Source of the DNA: a virus
Lineage: Duplodnaviria > Caudoviricetes
Length of the DNA stretch: 34,008 nucleotides
Virus record (IMG/VR): IMGVR_UViG_3300025066_000087
Span: 1-34,008 of that record
Reading direction: 5' to 3' (one strand)
Each line of letters starts with the position of its first letter. The stretch's first letter is position 1. The notes under the pieces are model-generated. The model was not told where the DNA came from and did not search any database. It saw only the letters and a list, made by a program, of their open reading frames with translations. Shown in pieces: positions 17,793 through 27,262 of the stretch. The translations under genes and the position numbers were made by a program.

Positions 17793-19367
17793 ATGTCTTT
17801 TTCTTTAACGAAAGAACAGGTCGTAAAAGAGATTATTAAATGCGGGAAGGAACCGGTTTATTTTATTAATAATTATGCAAAAATTTCCCACCCGATAAAA
17901 GGTTTGATACCTTTCAAGACTTACGATTTTCAAACAGATCTAGTTAACGACTATAACGATCATCGTTTTACTGTTATTTTAAAGGCACGCCAGCTTGGTA
18001 TTTCAACGATTACCGCAGCATATGTTGCATGGATGATGTTGTTTCATCGCGATAAAAATGTGCTTGTTATAGCCACTAAATTTGGTACTGCAGCCAATCT
18101 AGTTAAAAAAGTTAAAGCTATTCACCGAAATCTCCCAACTTGGATCAAAATAGCGGATATATCTATAGATAATAGAACCTCTTTCGAACTTTCAAACGGG
18201 TCTCAAATAAAAGCTTCTTCGACCAGCGCTGACGCCGGCCGCTCTGAAGCTTTGTCTCTATTAGTAATTGACGAAGCCGCTCATGTCGAAGGATTAGACG
18301 AACTTTGGACAGGCCTATACCCAACGCTTTCAACAGGCGGCCGATGCATAGCTTTGTCAACCCCCAACGGGGTTGGTAACTGGTTTCATCAGACTTGTGT
18401 TGACTCTGAAATGGAAAAAAACGATTTTTATTTAGTTTCTTTACCATGGGGAGTTCACCCTGATAGAGACCAAGAATGGTTTGATAAGGAGACAAAGAAC
18501 ATGTCTCGTAGACAAATTGCTCAGGAGTTAGAGTGCAACTTCAACATGTCTGGCGAAACAGTGTTTCATCCGGAGGACATGGAGAAGATTGCCATCGCTC
18601 TAGAGGAGCCGAAATATAAAACAGGATTTGATAGAAATTTGTGGATATGGGAAGAATACAATATTGAACATTCTTATATGATGGCCGCTGACGTCGCCCG
18701 CGGAGACGGCCAAGACTATTCAACGTTTCATATATTTGATTTAGAAGCCAATACTATTGTCGCTGAATACATGGGCAAAGCTGCGCCCGATCTTTTTGCT
18801 GATTTGTTGTTCCAGACCGGTAAAGAGTACGGCAATTGCATGGTTGTGGTTGAGAACAATTCTATTGGCTGGACAACACTGAACAAGTTAGAAGAAATGG
18901 GCTATCCTAATATATATTATTCTAGAAAATCGACTCATGAGCATGTTGAACCTCATTTAGCAGAAGGGCCCGGCGTAACGCCTGGTTTTTCTACAACTTC
19001 TAAAACAAGACCATTAGTTGTAGCTAAATTAGAAGAGTTTGTTAGAAATAAACTAATTAAAATTAAATCAAAAAGACTTTATAATGAAATGAAAACATTT
19101 ATTTGGCACAATGGAAGACCTCAGGCTATGAAAAAGCATCATGATGATTTAATAATGGCATGCGCGATCGGCTGTTGGGTCAAAGACACGGCTTTAGCCA
19201 CAAACCATAGAGCAGTTGAGTACAGCAAGGCATTTTTAAGTTCTATGACCTCTGATGGTAGAAAAATGAATACTGCTATTCCGGGCATGGATGGCTATAG
19301 AAAGAATAAAAATATAGAGAAACAAAGACAAAATTATGAAGACCACTTATGGCTTCTGAAAGGATGA
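17793..19367 (+). CDS. terL: Terminase large subunit (T4 gp17-like)
   Basis: Adenine-binding 'YDFQ', Walker A-like 'KARQLGIST', Walker B 'LLVIDEAAH', coupling motif 'STPNG', nuclease 'AADVARGDGQDYS' and 'HDDLIMA'. ATG 17793 preferred over TTG 17787. Confidence 0.95.
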   Translation: MSFSLTKEQVVKEIIKCGKEPVYFINNYAKISHPIKGLIPFKTYDFQTDLVNDYNDHRFTVILKARQLGISTITAAYVAWMMLFHRDKNVLVIATKFGTAANLVKKVKAIHRNLPTWIKIADISIDNRTSFELSNGSQIKASSTSADAGRSEALSLLVIDEAAHVEGLDELWTGLYPTLSTGGRCIALSTPNGVGNWFHQTCVDSEMEKNDFYLVSLPWGVHPDRDQEWFDKETKNMSRRQIAQELECNFNMSGETVFHPEDMEKIAIALEEPKYKTGFDRNLWIWEEYNIEHSYMMAADVARGDGQDYSTFHIFDLEANTIVAEYMGKAAPDLFADLLFQTGKEYGNCMVVVENNSIGWTTLNKLEEMGYPNIYYSRKSTHEHVEPHLAEGPGVTPGFSTTSKTRPLVVAKLEEFVRNKLIKIKSKRLYNEMKTFIWHNGRPQAMKKHHDDLIMACAIGCWVKDTALATNHRAVEYSKAFLSSMTSDGRKMNTAIPGMDGYRKNKNIEKQRQNYEDHLWLLKG

Positions 19368-19375
19368 GATAACCA

Positions 19376-21394
19376 ATGGCCAGACCAATAAACAAAAGAA
19401 ATAGCCACAACCCTGCGAATCCGCTTTTTAAACAATTAACAAAATTATTGTCTGGGCCTATTGTTAATTATCGCCGGCAAGACACACGACGACTTAAAAG
19501 ACGTAAGCTAGACAAATATCGTTCTAGAATAAGATCTGCTAGTGGGCAAGAATTCAAGACTTCTGTATATAGTGACGTGTATAACGCTCTTAATTATGAT
19601 TATTACTCTAACCAGAATAGATTAGACAGATATGTTGATTTTGATCAGATGGAGTATACACCTGAGATTGCCTCTTCTTTAGACATATATGCCGATGAAA
19701 TGACAACCTATTCAGTATATCGCCCCATGGTTAATATTCTGTGTAAGAACCAAGAGATTAAAACTGCAGTCGAAACACTGCTTTATAGTGTTATTAATGT
19801 TGAATTTAATTTATATGGTTGGTGCCGCTCTATGTGTAAATATGGAGATTTCTTTGTATATTTAGACATTGAAGAAGACGAAGGAATAAAGAACGTAATT
19901 GGCTTACCTTCAAACGAGATTGAAAGGCTGGAGGGGGAAGATAAAAACAACCCAAACTATATTCAGTACCAATGGAACACCGCCGGCTTAACTTTAGAAA
20001 ATTGGCAAATCGGGCATTTTCGAATTTTGGGAAATGATAAATTTGCCCCGTACGGCACTTCTGTACTTGAGCCAGCCAGAAGAATTTGGCGCCAGCTGAC
20101 GTTGTTGGAAGACGCGATGATGGCGTATAGAATAGTTCGTTCTCCAGACCGCCGGGCTTTTTATGTTGATGTGGGGAACATCCCTCCGGAGGATGTCGAG
20201 CAATACATGCAGCGCGTTATGACTCAAATGAAAAGAAATCAAGTAGTTGACGTTAATACTGGCCGCGTGGACTTAAGATATAACCCACTTAGTATCGAAG
20301 AGGATTATTATATTCCAGTTCGAGGTGGTACCTCTGGTACAAAAATAGAATCTGTAGGAGGCGGTAAATATACTGGTGATATTGATGATGTAAAATATTT
20401 GCGTGATAAATTATTTAGCGCCCTCAAAGTGCCGCCGGCTTATTTAACGCAGCCTGAAGGGTCTGTGGAAGATAAAGCTGCTCTTGCCCAGAAAGACATA
20501 AGATTTGCGCGCACTATCCAAAGATTGCAGCGTTCGGTTATCTCTGAATTAGAAAAAATTGTAACAGTTCATTTGTTTACTCTAGGATATCGTGGCAAAG
20601 ATCTTTTGTCATTTAAGTTGTCTTTGAACAACCCCTCCAAGTTAGCTGAATTACAAGAGCTAGAACACTGGAAGGCTAGATTTGAAGCCGCCGACGGCGC
20701 CTCGCAGGGATACTTTAGTAGAAGATGGGTTGCTAGTAATATTCTTAATCTTAGTGAAGAAGAGTTCAAACGCGTCCAGGTTGAAATGTATTATGACAAG
20801 AAACATGACATTTCATTAGAGCAAGTAGGAGAGGCCATGGCCGCTGAGGCGACTGCCGAAGCCGGCGGAGGTGGTGACATGGGCGGTGACATGGGCGGTG
20901 ACATGGGCGGTGACATGGGCGGTGACATGGGCGGCGGAGAAGAGATGGGCGGTGACATGGGCGGCGGAGAAGAGATGGGCGGCGGAGAAGAAGCCGGCCC
21001 ACTACTAGCTGCGCCTGGAGAAGAAATGCCTGCTCACCGCGACGACGCATCAGCAGATTTTAAAACGTTTAAAAAAGATAAATTTGGTAATGTTTCCTCT
21101 ACGACACCGCACTCAAAAAACAAATGGTATGCGCGTAAGCCTGGACGAGATGGTAGGACAGGGTTTAGACAGGCCCAGAATGCTTCTGCTGGAGGCCAGA
21201 GTGTTGGGAAACTTAAGAGCCGTCGTACGTTCTTGCCCGGCGCCGAAGACTTACTAGGAATTAATTATAGTCTTTCTGAGGACACAAAATCTAATTATTA
21301 TGAAGAAGAAGAAAGACAAATATTAAAAAATACTAAAGATATTGATAGGCTAATTGAATCTCTGGAGAAGAACACAGATGAGACTAAATCATAA
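19376..21394 (+). CDS. Portal protein (T4 gp20-like) with a long low-complexity C-terminal extension
   Basis: 'PEIASSLDIYADE', 'LLEDAMMAYRIVRSPDRRAFYVDVGNIP', 'EEDYYIPVRG', 'DIDDVKYLRDKLFSALKVP', 'DIRFARTIQRLQ' follow the gp20 pattern. Lies directly after TerL. Confidence 0.95.
   Translation: MARPINKRNSHNPANPLFKQLTKLLSGPIVNYRRQDTRRLKRRKLDKYRSRIRSASGQEFKTSVYSDVYNALNYDYYSNQNRLDRYVDFDQMEYTPEIASSLDIYADEMTTYSVYRPMVNILCKNQEIKTAVETLLYSVINVEFNLYGWCRSMCKYGDFFVYLDIEEDEGIKNVIGLPSNEIERLEGEDKNNPNYIQYQWNTAGLTLENWQIGHFRILGNDKFAPYGTSVLEPARRIWRQLTLLEDAMMAYRIVRSPDRRAFYVDVGNIPPEDVEQYMQRVMTQMKRNQVVDVNTGRVDLRYNPLSIEEDYYIPVRGGTSGTKIESVGGGKYTGDIDDVKYLRDKLFSALKVPPAYLTQPEGSVEDKAALAQKDIRFARTIQRLQRSVISELEKIVTVHLFTLGYRGKDLLSFKLSLNNPSKLAELQELEHWKARFEAADGASQGYFSRRWVASNILNLSEEEFKRVQVEMYYDKKHDISLEQVGEAMAAEATAEAGGGGDMGGDMGGDMGGDMGGDMGGGEEMGGDMGGGEEMGGGEEAGPLLAAPGEEMPAHRDDASADFKTFKKDKFGNVSSTTPHSKNKWYARKPGRDGRTGFRQAQNASAGGQSVGKLKSRRTFLPGAEDLLGINYSLSEDTKSNYYEEEERQILKNTKDIDRLIESLEKNTDETKS
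20870..20992 (+). repeat. Coding tandem repeat of 12-bp GGCGGTGACATG (GGDM) and 18-bp GGCGGCGGAGAAGAGATG (GGGEEM) units
   Basis: Five GGDM units (20870-20929), then GGGEEM, GGDM, GGGEEM, GGGEE; all in frame in the portal tail. Confidence 0.95.
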
Positions 21395-22193
21395 TAAAAA
21401 AAGAAATACAGCGTTTCTCTATGAAGTACTTATAAAAGAAATATCTGTTGCTAGCATAAACAACGATGCCAAAAGAAAGAAAAAGGCCTTGCAGGTAGTA
21501 AAAGAATATTTCGGGAAGGGGAAGGTCTTAAGCCAAGAGTTAGATATATATAGGTCCTTTAGTGAGTTAACCGGCCTTGAAGAATTCACAATTAACAAAA
21601 TTTTATTTGAAGCTAAAAGACGATTTATGCAGCTTGACAGACGTAGAGTTCATTCAGACCAATCAAAATTAATAAACGAAATTAATAAAAGCTTTGGCAA
21701 GGATTCATGGGATATCTTTGTTTCTAACTTTAAAGAAATAGCTACGATTAATCAAATTTTAAATCAAAAACTAAGCCCAAAGGACCAAGTCCTGTTGGAA
21801 GAGAGGTTGTATACTGGCCTAAAAAAACCAAAAGATGAAGAGCAGACTGTGAAGAAGATTGATAGCTTAGCAGTTAGAAAATTTGTTGATAGATTCAATA
21901 GCGAATACGTAGAAAAACTAAATGAAAATCAGAAAAATTTATTAAATAAATATATCTCTTCATATCGCGACGATGGCTTGGAATTAAAATTATATTTATA
22001 TGAAGAAGTCGACCGCCTCCAGGGCTTGCTAACAAGCAAAGCTACCAAGTCGGAGGGCAGCGTTTCTGAAAAACTTAATAAAGTAGTTGAAAAAATAAAA
22101 AGCTACAATAGCCGCGGCTTAGACAAAAAAATGTTAGTGGAAATATTGAAAATACAGTCCCTGGTGAGTGAATTAGAAAACAATGACAATTAA
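21378..22193 (+). CDS. Hypothetical helical protein of the head module
   Basis: ATG 21378 after GGAG (MRLNHNKKRNTAFLYEVL...); overlaps the portal stop. Confidence 0.7.
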   Translation: MRLNHNKKRNTAFLYEVLIKEISVASINNDAKRKKKALQVVKEYFGKGKVLSQELDIYRSFSELTGLEEFTINKILFEAKRRFMQLDRRRVHSDQSKLINEINKSFGKDSWDIFVSNFKEIATINQILNQKLSPKDQVLLEERLYTGLKKPKDEEQTVKKIDSLAVRKFVDRFNSEYVEKLNENQKNLLNKYISSYRDDGLELKLYLYEEVDRLQGLLTSKATKSEGSVSEKLNKVVEKIKSYNSRGLDKKMLVEILKIQSLVSELENNDN

Positions 22194-22761
22194 AATTAAA
22201 ATATTAGATTCTCCTCCGGAGGAGGCAAAAGAGCCTTCCATGATCATCAAGGTCAAGGTCAAGGATAAGGAAGTAAAAAAAATATTTCTCAAAGCCAAGA
22301 AGACTATTGATGGGAATATTATAGTTTATGGCCATCCGGATATAAATATTTTTGTTATGCCGAAGACCAGTAAGGTTGTATCAATCCCCAAGGAAGACCT
22401 GGACGATGAGGTGCACAGTACACAAGAGAGGTTGTTTAATTTCTTAATTAATGATGGTGTCATTGATCATGATAGTGTGCAGACAGGAAATCTATTTATG
22501 TCCATGGAGGGCAAGATACCCAAACCTTCCGGAAAGGGCGATAAAGTTGAGTTTGTGCTCTATTCTGTATCTAAGTTTGTTGAAAAGGAAATGCCATTTT
22601 ATAAAGACCAGGAAGAATTTGAGAAGGAAGAAGGTGAACGATTGTTGGAGCCTGAGCCTGACGAGTTCACTGAGTTCGACCCAAAAAGGCATGCGGACAA
22701 TAAGGGTTCCTTACCACCCAACATGATTAGCTATGGAATTAGCACAATTTACAGATTATAG
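22183..22761 (+). CDS. Hypothetical protein
   Basis: 192-aa ORF overlapping the upstream stop; no motif recognised. Confidence 0.7.
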   Translation: MTIKIKILDSPPEEAKEPSMIIKVKVKDKEVKKIFLKAKKTIDGNIIVYGHPDINIFVMPKTSKVVSIPKEDLDDEVHSTQERLFNFLINDGVIDHDSVQTGNLFMSMEGKIPKPSGKGDKVEFVLYSVSKFVEKEMPFYKDQEEFEKEEGERLLEPEPDEFTEFDPKRHADNKGSLPPNMISYGISTIYRL

Positions 22762-22768
22762 GTGTAGT

Positions 22769-23077
22769 GTGGGTTTAATATATTTTATACTTTGTGCTTA
22801 TGGGCTGACATATGTTCTGGTATACGGATCAATTTTTAATTTCGTTAGGCCGACCAAGGGGAAGTTAGGAGAGTTATTTCACTGTCCCTTATGCGTTGGA
22901 TTTTGGGTGGGTGTTTTTTTGTGGAGTATCAACTGTTTCACAGAACTATTTACTTACGATTACAATTTAATAAATGGTTTACTTTTGGGATGGTTATCAG
23001 CCGGGACAAGTTATTTCTTAAGTATGATTTTGAATGATTTCGGCTTAAAATTTAGGAATACACAAGGGGGTGAGTAA
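22769..23077 (+). CDS. Small membrane protein, DUF1360-like (CxxC)
   Basis: Three hydrophobic segments and 'GELFHCPLCVGFWVG'. GTG 22769 after AGGT is the likely start. Confidence 0.65.
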   Translation: MGLIYFILCAYGLTYVLVYGSIFNFVRPTKGKLGELFHCPLCVGFWVGVFLWSINCFTELFTYDYNLINGLLLGWLSAGTSYFLSMILNDFGLKFRNTQGGE

Positions 23078-23079
23078 CA

Positions 23080-23352
23080 ATGAAACGGCGTAACAGACCA
23101 GAAGTAAGACGTTGTTGTAACGGCAGCGAAACCACGCGGGGGAGAGCCTCGCAAAATACATTTTTAAAAGGAGAAATTAAAATGTCAAACAAGAAAGTTG
23201 TTAAAGAAGAACAGACGAAGAAGAACACCGGCCATGGCCCCGGTGGCGGTACTTGGGGCGTTAAGGGTGTTGGAAAAGTAGCTAACAAATATCCTCCGAA
23301 GTGGGGGCAAAAAGGTATGAAGTCAAACTCCAATAGTGGTGGAAGCGAGTAA
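23080..23352 (+). CDS. Small basic protein with two in-frame starts (23080 and 23182)
   Basis: ATG 23080 follows GGGGGTGAG. In-frame ATG 23182 follows a strong AAAGGAG and would give a 56-aa K/G-rich product. Confidence 0.55.
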   Translation: MKRRNRPEVRRCCNGSETTRGRASQNTFLKGEIKMSNKKVVKEEQTKKNTGHGPGGGTWGVKGVGKVANKYPPKWGQKGMKSNSNSGGSE

Positions 23353-23355
23353 ATA

Positions 23356-23988
23356 ATGTCCAAAGAACTTCTTCAGGAGTATTTCGAGTTATGTCCTGAA
23401 GGTAGGTGCCCCTTGCACGTTTTATCTGAATCAGAAAAGAAAAGCGTTATGGAAGGGGCAGTTTACCTTGTTGGCATATGCCAGAAAGCCGGAACTAAAA
23501 ACGGTAATGGCCGAGTATATAAAAGGGAAACACTACAAAGAGAAGTAGAAAATTATCAAAAAGCCATTAAAGAGCGTAGATCTTTGGGGGAGTTGGATCA
23601 TCCAGATGATTCAGTCATCAACCTTAAAAACGCCGCCCATCTAGTAACTAAAATGTGGTGGGAAGGAGACAGTGTAATGGGGAAGATAGAGGTTTTAGAT
23701 ACACCTTCAGGCCAAATTCTTAAAGAATTGGTCAAGGCCGGCTGTAAATTAGGAATTTCTTCACGAGGCCTAGGCTCTGTCAGGGAAGAACGAGGAGTTA
23801 CCATGGTTGAAGATGATTTTCAGCTGATCTGTTTTGACATGGTTTCCGAACCTTCAACCCCGGGCGCATATTTGCATCGTAGCCAGACACCAAGTAGCTA
23901 TAAGATGGATACTTCAATAGGTGCTTATTTGAACGAATCAAAAAATAATAAAATTGATCAGTTATTAGAATCAATATTGAGAGATTAA
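23356..23988 (+). CDS. Prohead core protein protease (T4 gp21-like)
   Basis: 'NGNGRVY', 'LGELDHP' (His), 'GISSRGLGS' (Ser), 'FDMVSEPSTPGAY' (Asp). Confidence 0.95.
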   Translation: MSKELLQEYFELCPEGRCPLHVLSESEKKSVMEGAVYLVGICQKAGTKNGNGRVYKRETLQREVENYQKAIKERRSLGELDHPDDSVINLKNAAHLVTKMWWEGDSVMGKIEVLDTPSGQILKELVKAGCKLGISSRGLGSVREERGVTMVEDDFQLICFDMVSEPSTPGAYLHRSQTPSSYKMDTSIGAYLNESKNNKIDQLLESILRD

Positions 23989-24366
23989 ATGAAACCAGCA
24001 GAATTTAAAAAAATACTTAAGCCACTAATCATGCAGACAGTTAGGGAGGTGCTACTACAAGAAGGAGTACTATCTAGCATTGTTGCTGAGGTCGCTAAAG
24101 GTCTCGGTGGCAACACCATTACCGAGCAAAAACACAGAGACGAAGAACTACGTCATAAAGAAAAGCTACTCGAAAAAAACAGGCAAGAAAGAATAAGAAG
24201 ATTAAACGAATCTAACAAATTTGGCGGAGTTTTTACCGGCACAAAAGAGATGGCAGAAACCAACTCTTCAGGGCCTCTCTCTGGTCTTTCTCCTGGTGAT
24301 TCAGGGGTAGATATTAGTGATATAGAAAAGATAGCTAATGGTAAATGGAAAACTTTAATAGGGTAA
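23989..24366 (+). CDS. Hypothetical protein of the head module
   Basis: 125-aa ORF abutting the protease stop; helical N-terminus with several L/I-x-E motifs. Confidence 0.7.
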   Translation: MKPAEFKKILKPLIMQTVREVLLQEGVLSSIVAEVAKGLGGNTITEQKHRDEELRHKEKLLEKNRQERIRRLNESNKFGGVFTGTKEMAETNSSGPLSGLSPGDSGVDISDIEKIANGKWKTLIG

Positions 24367-24369
24367 ATC

Positions 24370-24600
24370 ATGAAAAGAGCTGTAAATGTAGAAGTGACAT
24401 TGAAAGAGACAAAAGGCGACGTCACGCGCTTAATAAGAAAATTCATGAAAAAGGTTAAAAAAGAAAGAATAATTGAAAGCTATTTAGATAGAAGGTTTTA
24501 CGAAAAACCATCAGCTAGAAGAAGAAAAGAAAAACTTAAAAAGCTACGTAATGCTCAAAAAGCAGAACGAGAAAGAAACAGAAAACTAGATATAAGGTAG
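24370..24600 (+). CDS. rpsU: Phage-encoded 30S ribosomal protein bS21
   Basis: 76 aa and highly basic. 'V.V....DV.RLIRKFMKKVKKERII...RRFYEKPSARRR' matches the bS21 pattern (LRRFK...REFYEKP). Confidence 0.9.
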   Translation: MKRAVNVEVTLKETKGDVTRLIRKFMKKVKKERIIESYLDRRFYEKPSARRRKEKLKKLRNAQKAERERNRKLDIR

Positions 24601-24610
24601 GAGAGAAAAA

Positions 24611-25051
24611 ATGGCAGTAGATGCAAAAACAGGACAAGCAATATTTCCAGGTGCCACTTCAGTTGGTTTAAGGAATGTGGGATCATATCAGGTTTCTGGG
24701 CACCCTTTTATTACTGGCTCCACTCTTGCAACCGATGAAGAGAAGCATGTGACTTTTCCTTACGTGACAAAAAATATTACCGTCATAGCTTCAGGCAGCG
24801 GTGCTAACATTAGATTGCATTTTCATCCTATCTCATCCTGCCCACAAGTAGTAACTGGTAAGCACTATATTACTTTAGATACCGATGAGGATGCTTTGAC
24901 GCTGGATGTTAAGTGTAAGGAATTGTGGGTTTCCGCAACTGCCGGCGGCGCCGATCGCGGCTTTGAATTAATGGCTTCGCTAACTAACATCCCCACTCAG
25001 AGCATGTATACAGTTTCAGGCTCTGGCGTGACTGATGGTCCAGGAGATTAA
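24611..25051 (+). CDS. Putative virion structural/decoration protein
   Basis: 146 aa, beta-rich G/S/T composition, SD AGGAG; first gene of the fibre block. Confidence 0.55.
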   Translation: MAVDAKTGQAIFPGATSVGLRNVGSYQVSGHPFITGSTLATDEEKHVTFPYVTKNITVIASGSGANIRLHFHPISSCPQVVTGKHYITLDTDEDALTLDVKCKELWVSATAGGADRGFELMASLTNIPTQSMYTVSGSGVTDGPGD

Positions 25052-25053
25052 TT

Positions 25054-25407
25054 ATGGGTTTTGGCTCAGGCGCCGGCTTTGCTTCATCCAGGCAAGAAGA
25101 CGAAGAAACACTCTCCATACGTTCTGACAGTGGCGCGACGGTAGCGGTTCTTCCTTCTGATTACTGTATTATTATTACCGCAGCTAACACTCAAGCTGTT
25201 ACTGTAAACTTGGAAGCCGCGGCAACCGCTGGAAAAGGTAGAATATTACAAATAAAGAGCAGTACAAATAGAAGTGGAGAAGCAGATATAACCATAAATC
25301 CTGATGGATCAGAGACAATTGATGGCTCCTCTTCTGCAACTGGCTTCGACGGCGTTCTTGTAGGGCTGACTATAATATGTGACGGCACAACTTGGTGGAA
25401 GATTTAA
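25054..25407 (+). CDS. Small fibre-tip-like structural protein
   Basis: 'VTVNL.AA...GRILQIK...ITINPDGSETIDG...LTIICDGTTWWKI' is a common phage fibre C-terminal module. Confidence 0.65.
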   Translation: MGFGSGAGFASSRQEDEETLSIRSDSGATVAVLPSDYCIIITAANTQAVTVNLEAAATAGKGRILQIKSSTNRSGEADITINPDGSETIDGSSSATGFDGVLVGLTIICDGTTWWKI

Positions 25408-25430
25408 TCAGGGGAGAGAGGAAATAATAT

Positions 25431-27251
25431 ATGTCTTATAATCAACCGTATAGCGGATCGATGAATTCTCCAACTATGTCGGGCAGCATGCAGATGACTG
25501 GTAATATGAATATGACTGGCGATTACCAAATGACGGGTAATATGTGTCACAAAGGTAACTATACTAATAGTGGAAGCTTACTTGTGACTGGATCGGTTCA
25601 GTTATTGCCGGGTCAAAGTGGCCCTCCTTCAGTCCCTGGCGCCAGCCTAGGCGGCATAATTTACGTAAAGTCAGATGATAAGCTATATTATGTGTCTAAC
25701 GCCATTAGTGAAGTAGAATTGTCAACTCATTCTGGCGGCGGTGGCGGTTCGTCACGTTCTGTTGCCGGAGACACAGAGAATGGCGTCATTACATGGAAGA
25801 CAAGCGACAATACATTTGTAAATGAATCTACTTTAACTTACGATGGGACCACTCTTTCGGGCTCCGGAAACGTTGCAGCTGTAGGTACGATCAAATCAAC
25901 TGGAAATATTGCAACAAGTGGCTCACTAACTGCAGCAACAATCGGCGCATTCACCGCAGCTGGCGCAATTAATTTTGACAACCAAGACATGACTAATGTT
26001 GATATAGACAGTGGCGCAATAGATGGAACTACTATCGGAGCTTCTTCGCCTTCAACTGGTGAATTTACAAATATATCAGGATCTGGTACATTACAGGTCT
26101 ATGGTACAGTAAAATCAACCGGTGCAATCTCTACTAGTGGCTCAGTGACAGCTGCTGGTTTTGTATCGACAGCCAATGTCGACATCGGCGCATACGAAAT
26201 GAGAGCGCAAACATTTGAATCAGATGTCTCGACTGGGACAGCCCCTATTGTTGTTGCCTCGACTACAGAATGTACTAATCTCAATGCCGCCAAACTCAGC
26301 GGCGCTGATTGGGGCGCCCCTCCTGCTATCGGGAGCACAACCCCCGGAGCCGGAAGTTTTACGAATGTGTCCGGATCTGGTACCTTACAGGTTGTTGGCG
26401 CGCTCACAGCTGGCACAATTGCAACTAGCGGCTCACTGACCGTCGGCGTCCTGGGTAGTGCATCAGATATATCAGGCTCTGGAGATTTTCATGTAGTTGG
26501 TACGGTAACATCTACTGGTAATATCGGAACAAGTGGTTCAGTTAATGCCGGAGCTGTTAACGCTAATGCAGCGTCCTCTCTTGACGCTGCTGTCGTTATT
26601 AATGAAAGTGCTGGAAATAATGATTTTAGAGTAGAAGCACAAGTAGTAGGCAGTGCCGTTAGCCACACACACATGCTCCATGTTGATGCTAGTCAGGCAG
26701 CCGTCGGCGTCAACAGTCAATATCCCAGATCCGCTTTTGACGTTATTGACGTTATATCTTATTCTGGCTGGGGCAGTTACTGGACGTCCAGCTTAGATCA
26801 AATAGGTGCATGCGGAGGCCGCCGAATGGTATACTCGCCTGGCGGCAACACCACAGTGACCACCGGATCTTTGTACTTCTTGCACTCTGGAAGTGTATGG
26901 TACAAAGCTGATGCTGATGTTGCTGAGAGCGGCTCTAGCCATTTGCTAGGCATCCCAGGGTACAGTGGATTAGCTGCTGATGGGGTAAATGCTCAGTCTA
27001 GCTCCATGTTCATACCTTTCTTACTAGAAGGCTATGCTAGGGTACCTAATGCTGTCGTGCTCAACAAGCCAGCAAATATTGCGGGTCAGCCCCTGTACGT
27101 ATCAACAACCGCCGGTAGTTTTGATTTTACAGCACCCTCTGGTACAGGTGATTGTGTCAGGGTTATTGGATATGCTATATCAAAAGATGCTACGACTAGT
27201 GATGTTCTAGTATATTTTAAGCCAGACCCAACGTGGGTTGAAATAACGTAG
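25431..27251 (+). CDS. Fibre protein (606 aa) with SGS repeats and a capsid-cement-like C-terminal domain
   Basis: G/S/T/A-rich, with four SGSG...G...STG.IATSGS modules. C-terminal 'LLEGYARV...GQPLYVSTTAG.....PSGTGDCVRVIGYA'. Confidence 0.7.
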   Translation: MSYNQPYSGSMNSPTMSGSMQMTGNMNMTGDYQMTGNMCHKGNYTNSGSLLVTGSVQLLPGQSGPPSVPGASLGGIIYVKSDDKLYYVSNAISEVELSTHSGGGGGSSRSVAGDTENGVITWKTSDNTFVNESTLTYDGTTLSGSGNVAAVGTIKSTGNIATSGSLTAATIGAFTAAGAINFDNQDMTNVDIDSGAIDGTTIGASSPSTGEFTNISGSGTLQVYGTVKSTGAISTSGSVTAAGFVSTANVDIGAYEMRAQTFESDVSTGTAPIVVASTTECTNLNAAKLSGADWGAPPAIGSTTPGAGSFTNVSGSGTLQVVGALTAGTIATSGSLTVGVLGSASDISGSGDFHVVGTVTSTGNIGTSGSVNAGAVNANAASSLDAAVVINESAGNNDFRVEAQVVGSAVSHTHMLHVDASQAAVGVNSQYPRSAFDVIDVISYSGWGSYWTSSLDQIGACGGRRMVYSPGGNTTVTTGSLYFLHSGSVWYKADADVAESGSSHLLGIPGYSGLAADGVNAQSSSMFIPFLLEGYARVPNAVVLNKPANIAGQPLYVSTTAGSFDFTAPSGTGDCVRVIGYAISKDATTSDVLVYFKPDPTWVEIT

Positions 27252-27262
27252 GAGGGCGCAAT

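Noticed and set aside
20766-21050. Minus-strand ORF with RPCH repeats
   Set aside because: Antisense reading of the portal GGDM minisatellite.
23136-23165. Hairpin as an intrinsic terminator
   Set aside because: The stem is short and the T-run is separated from it by AAAATACA. It is kept only as a speculative RNA element in the findings.
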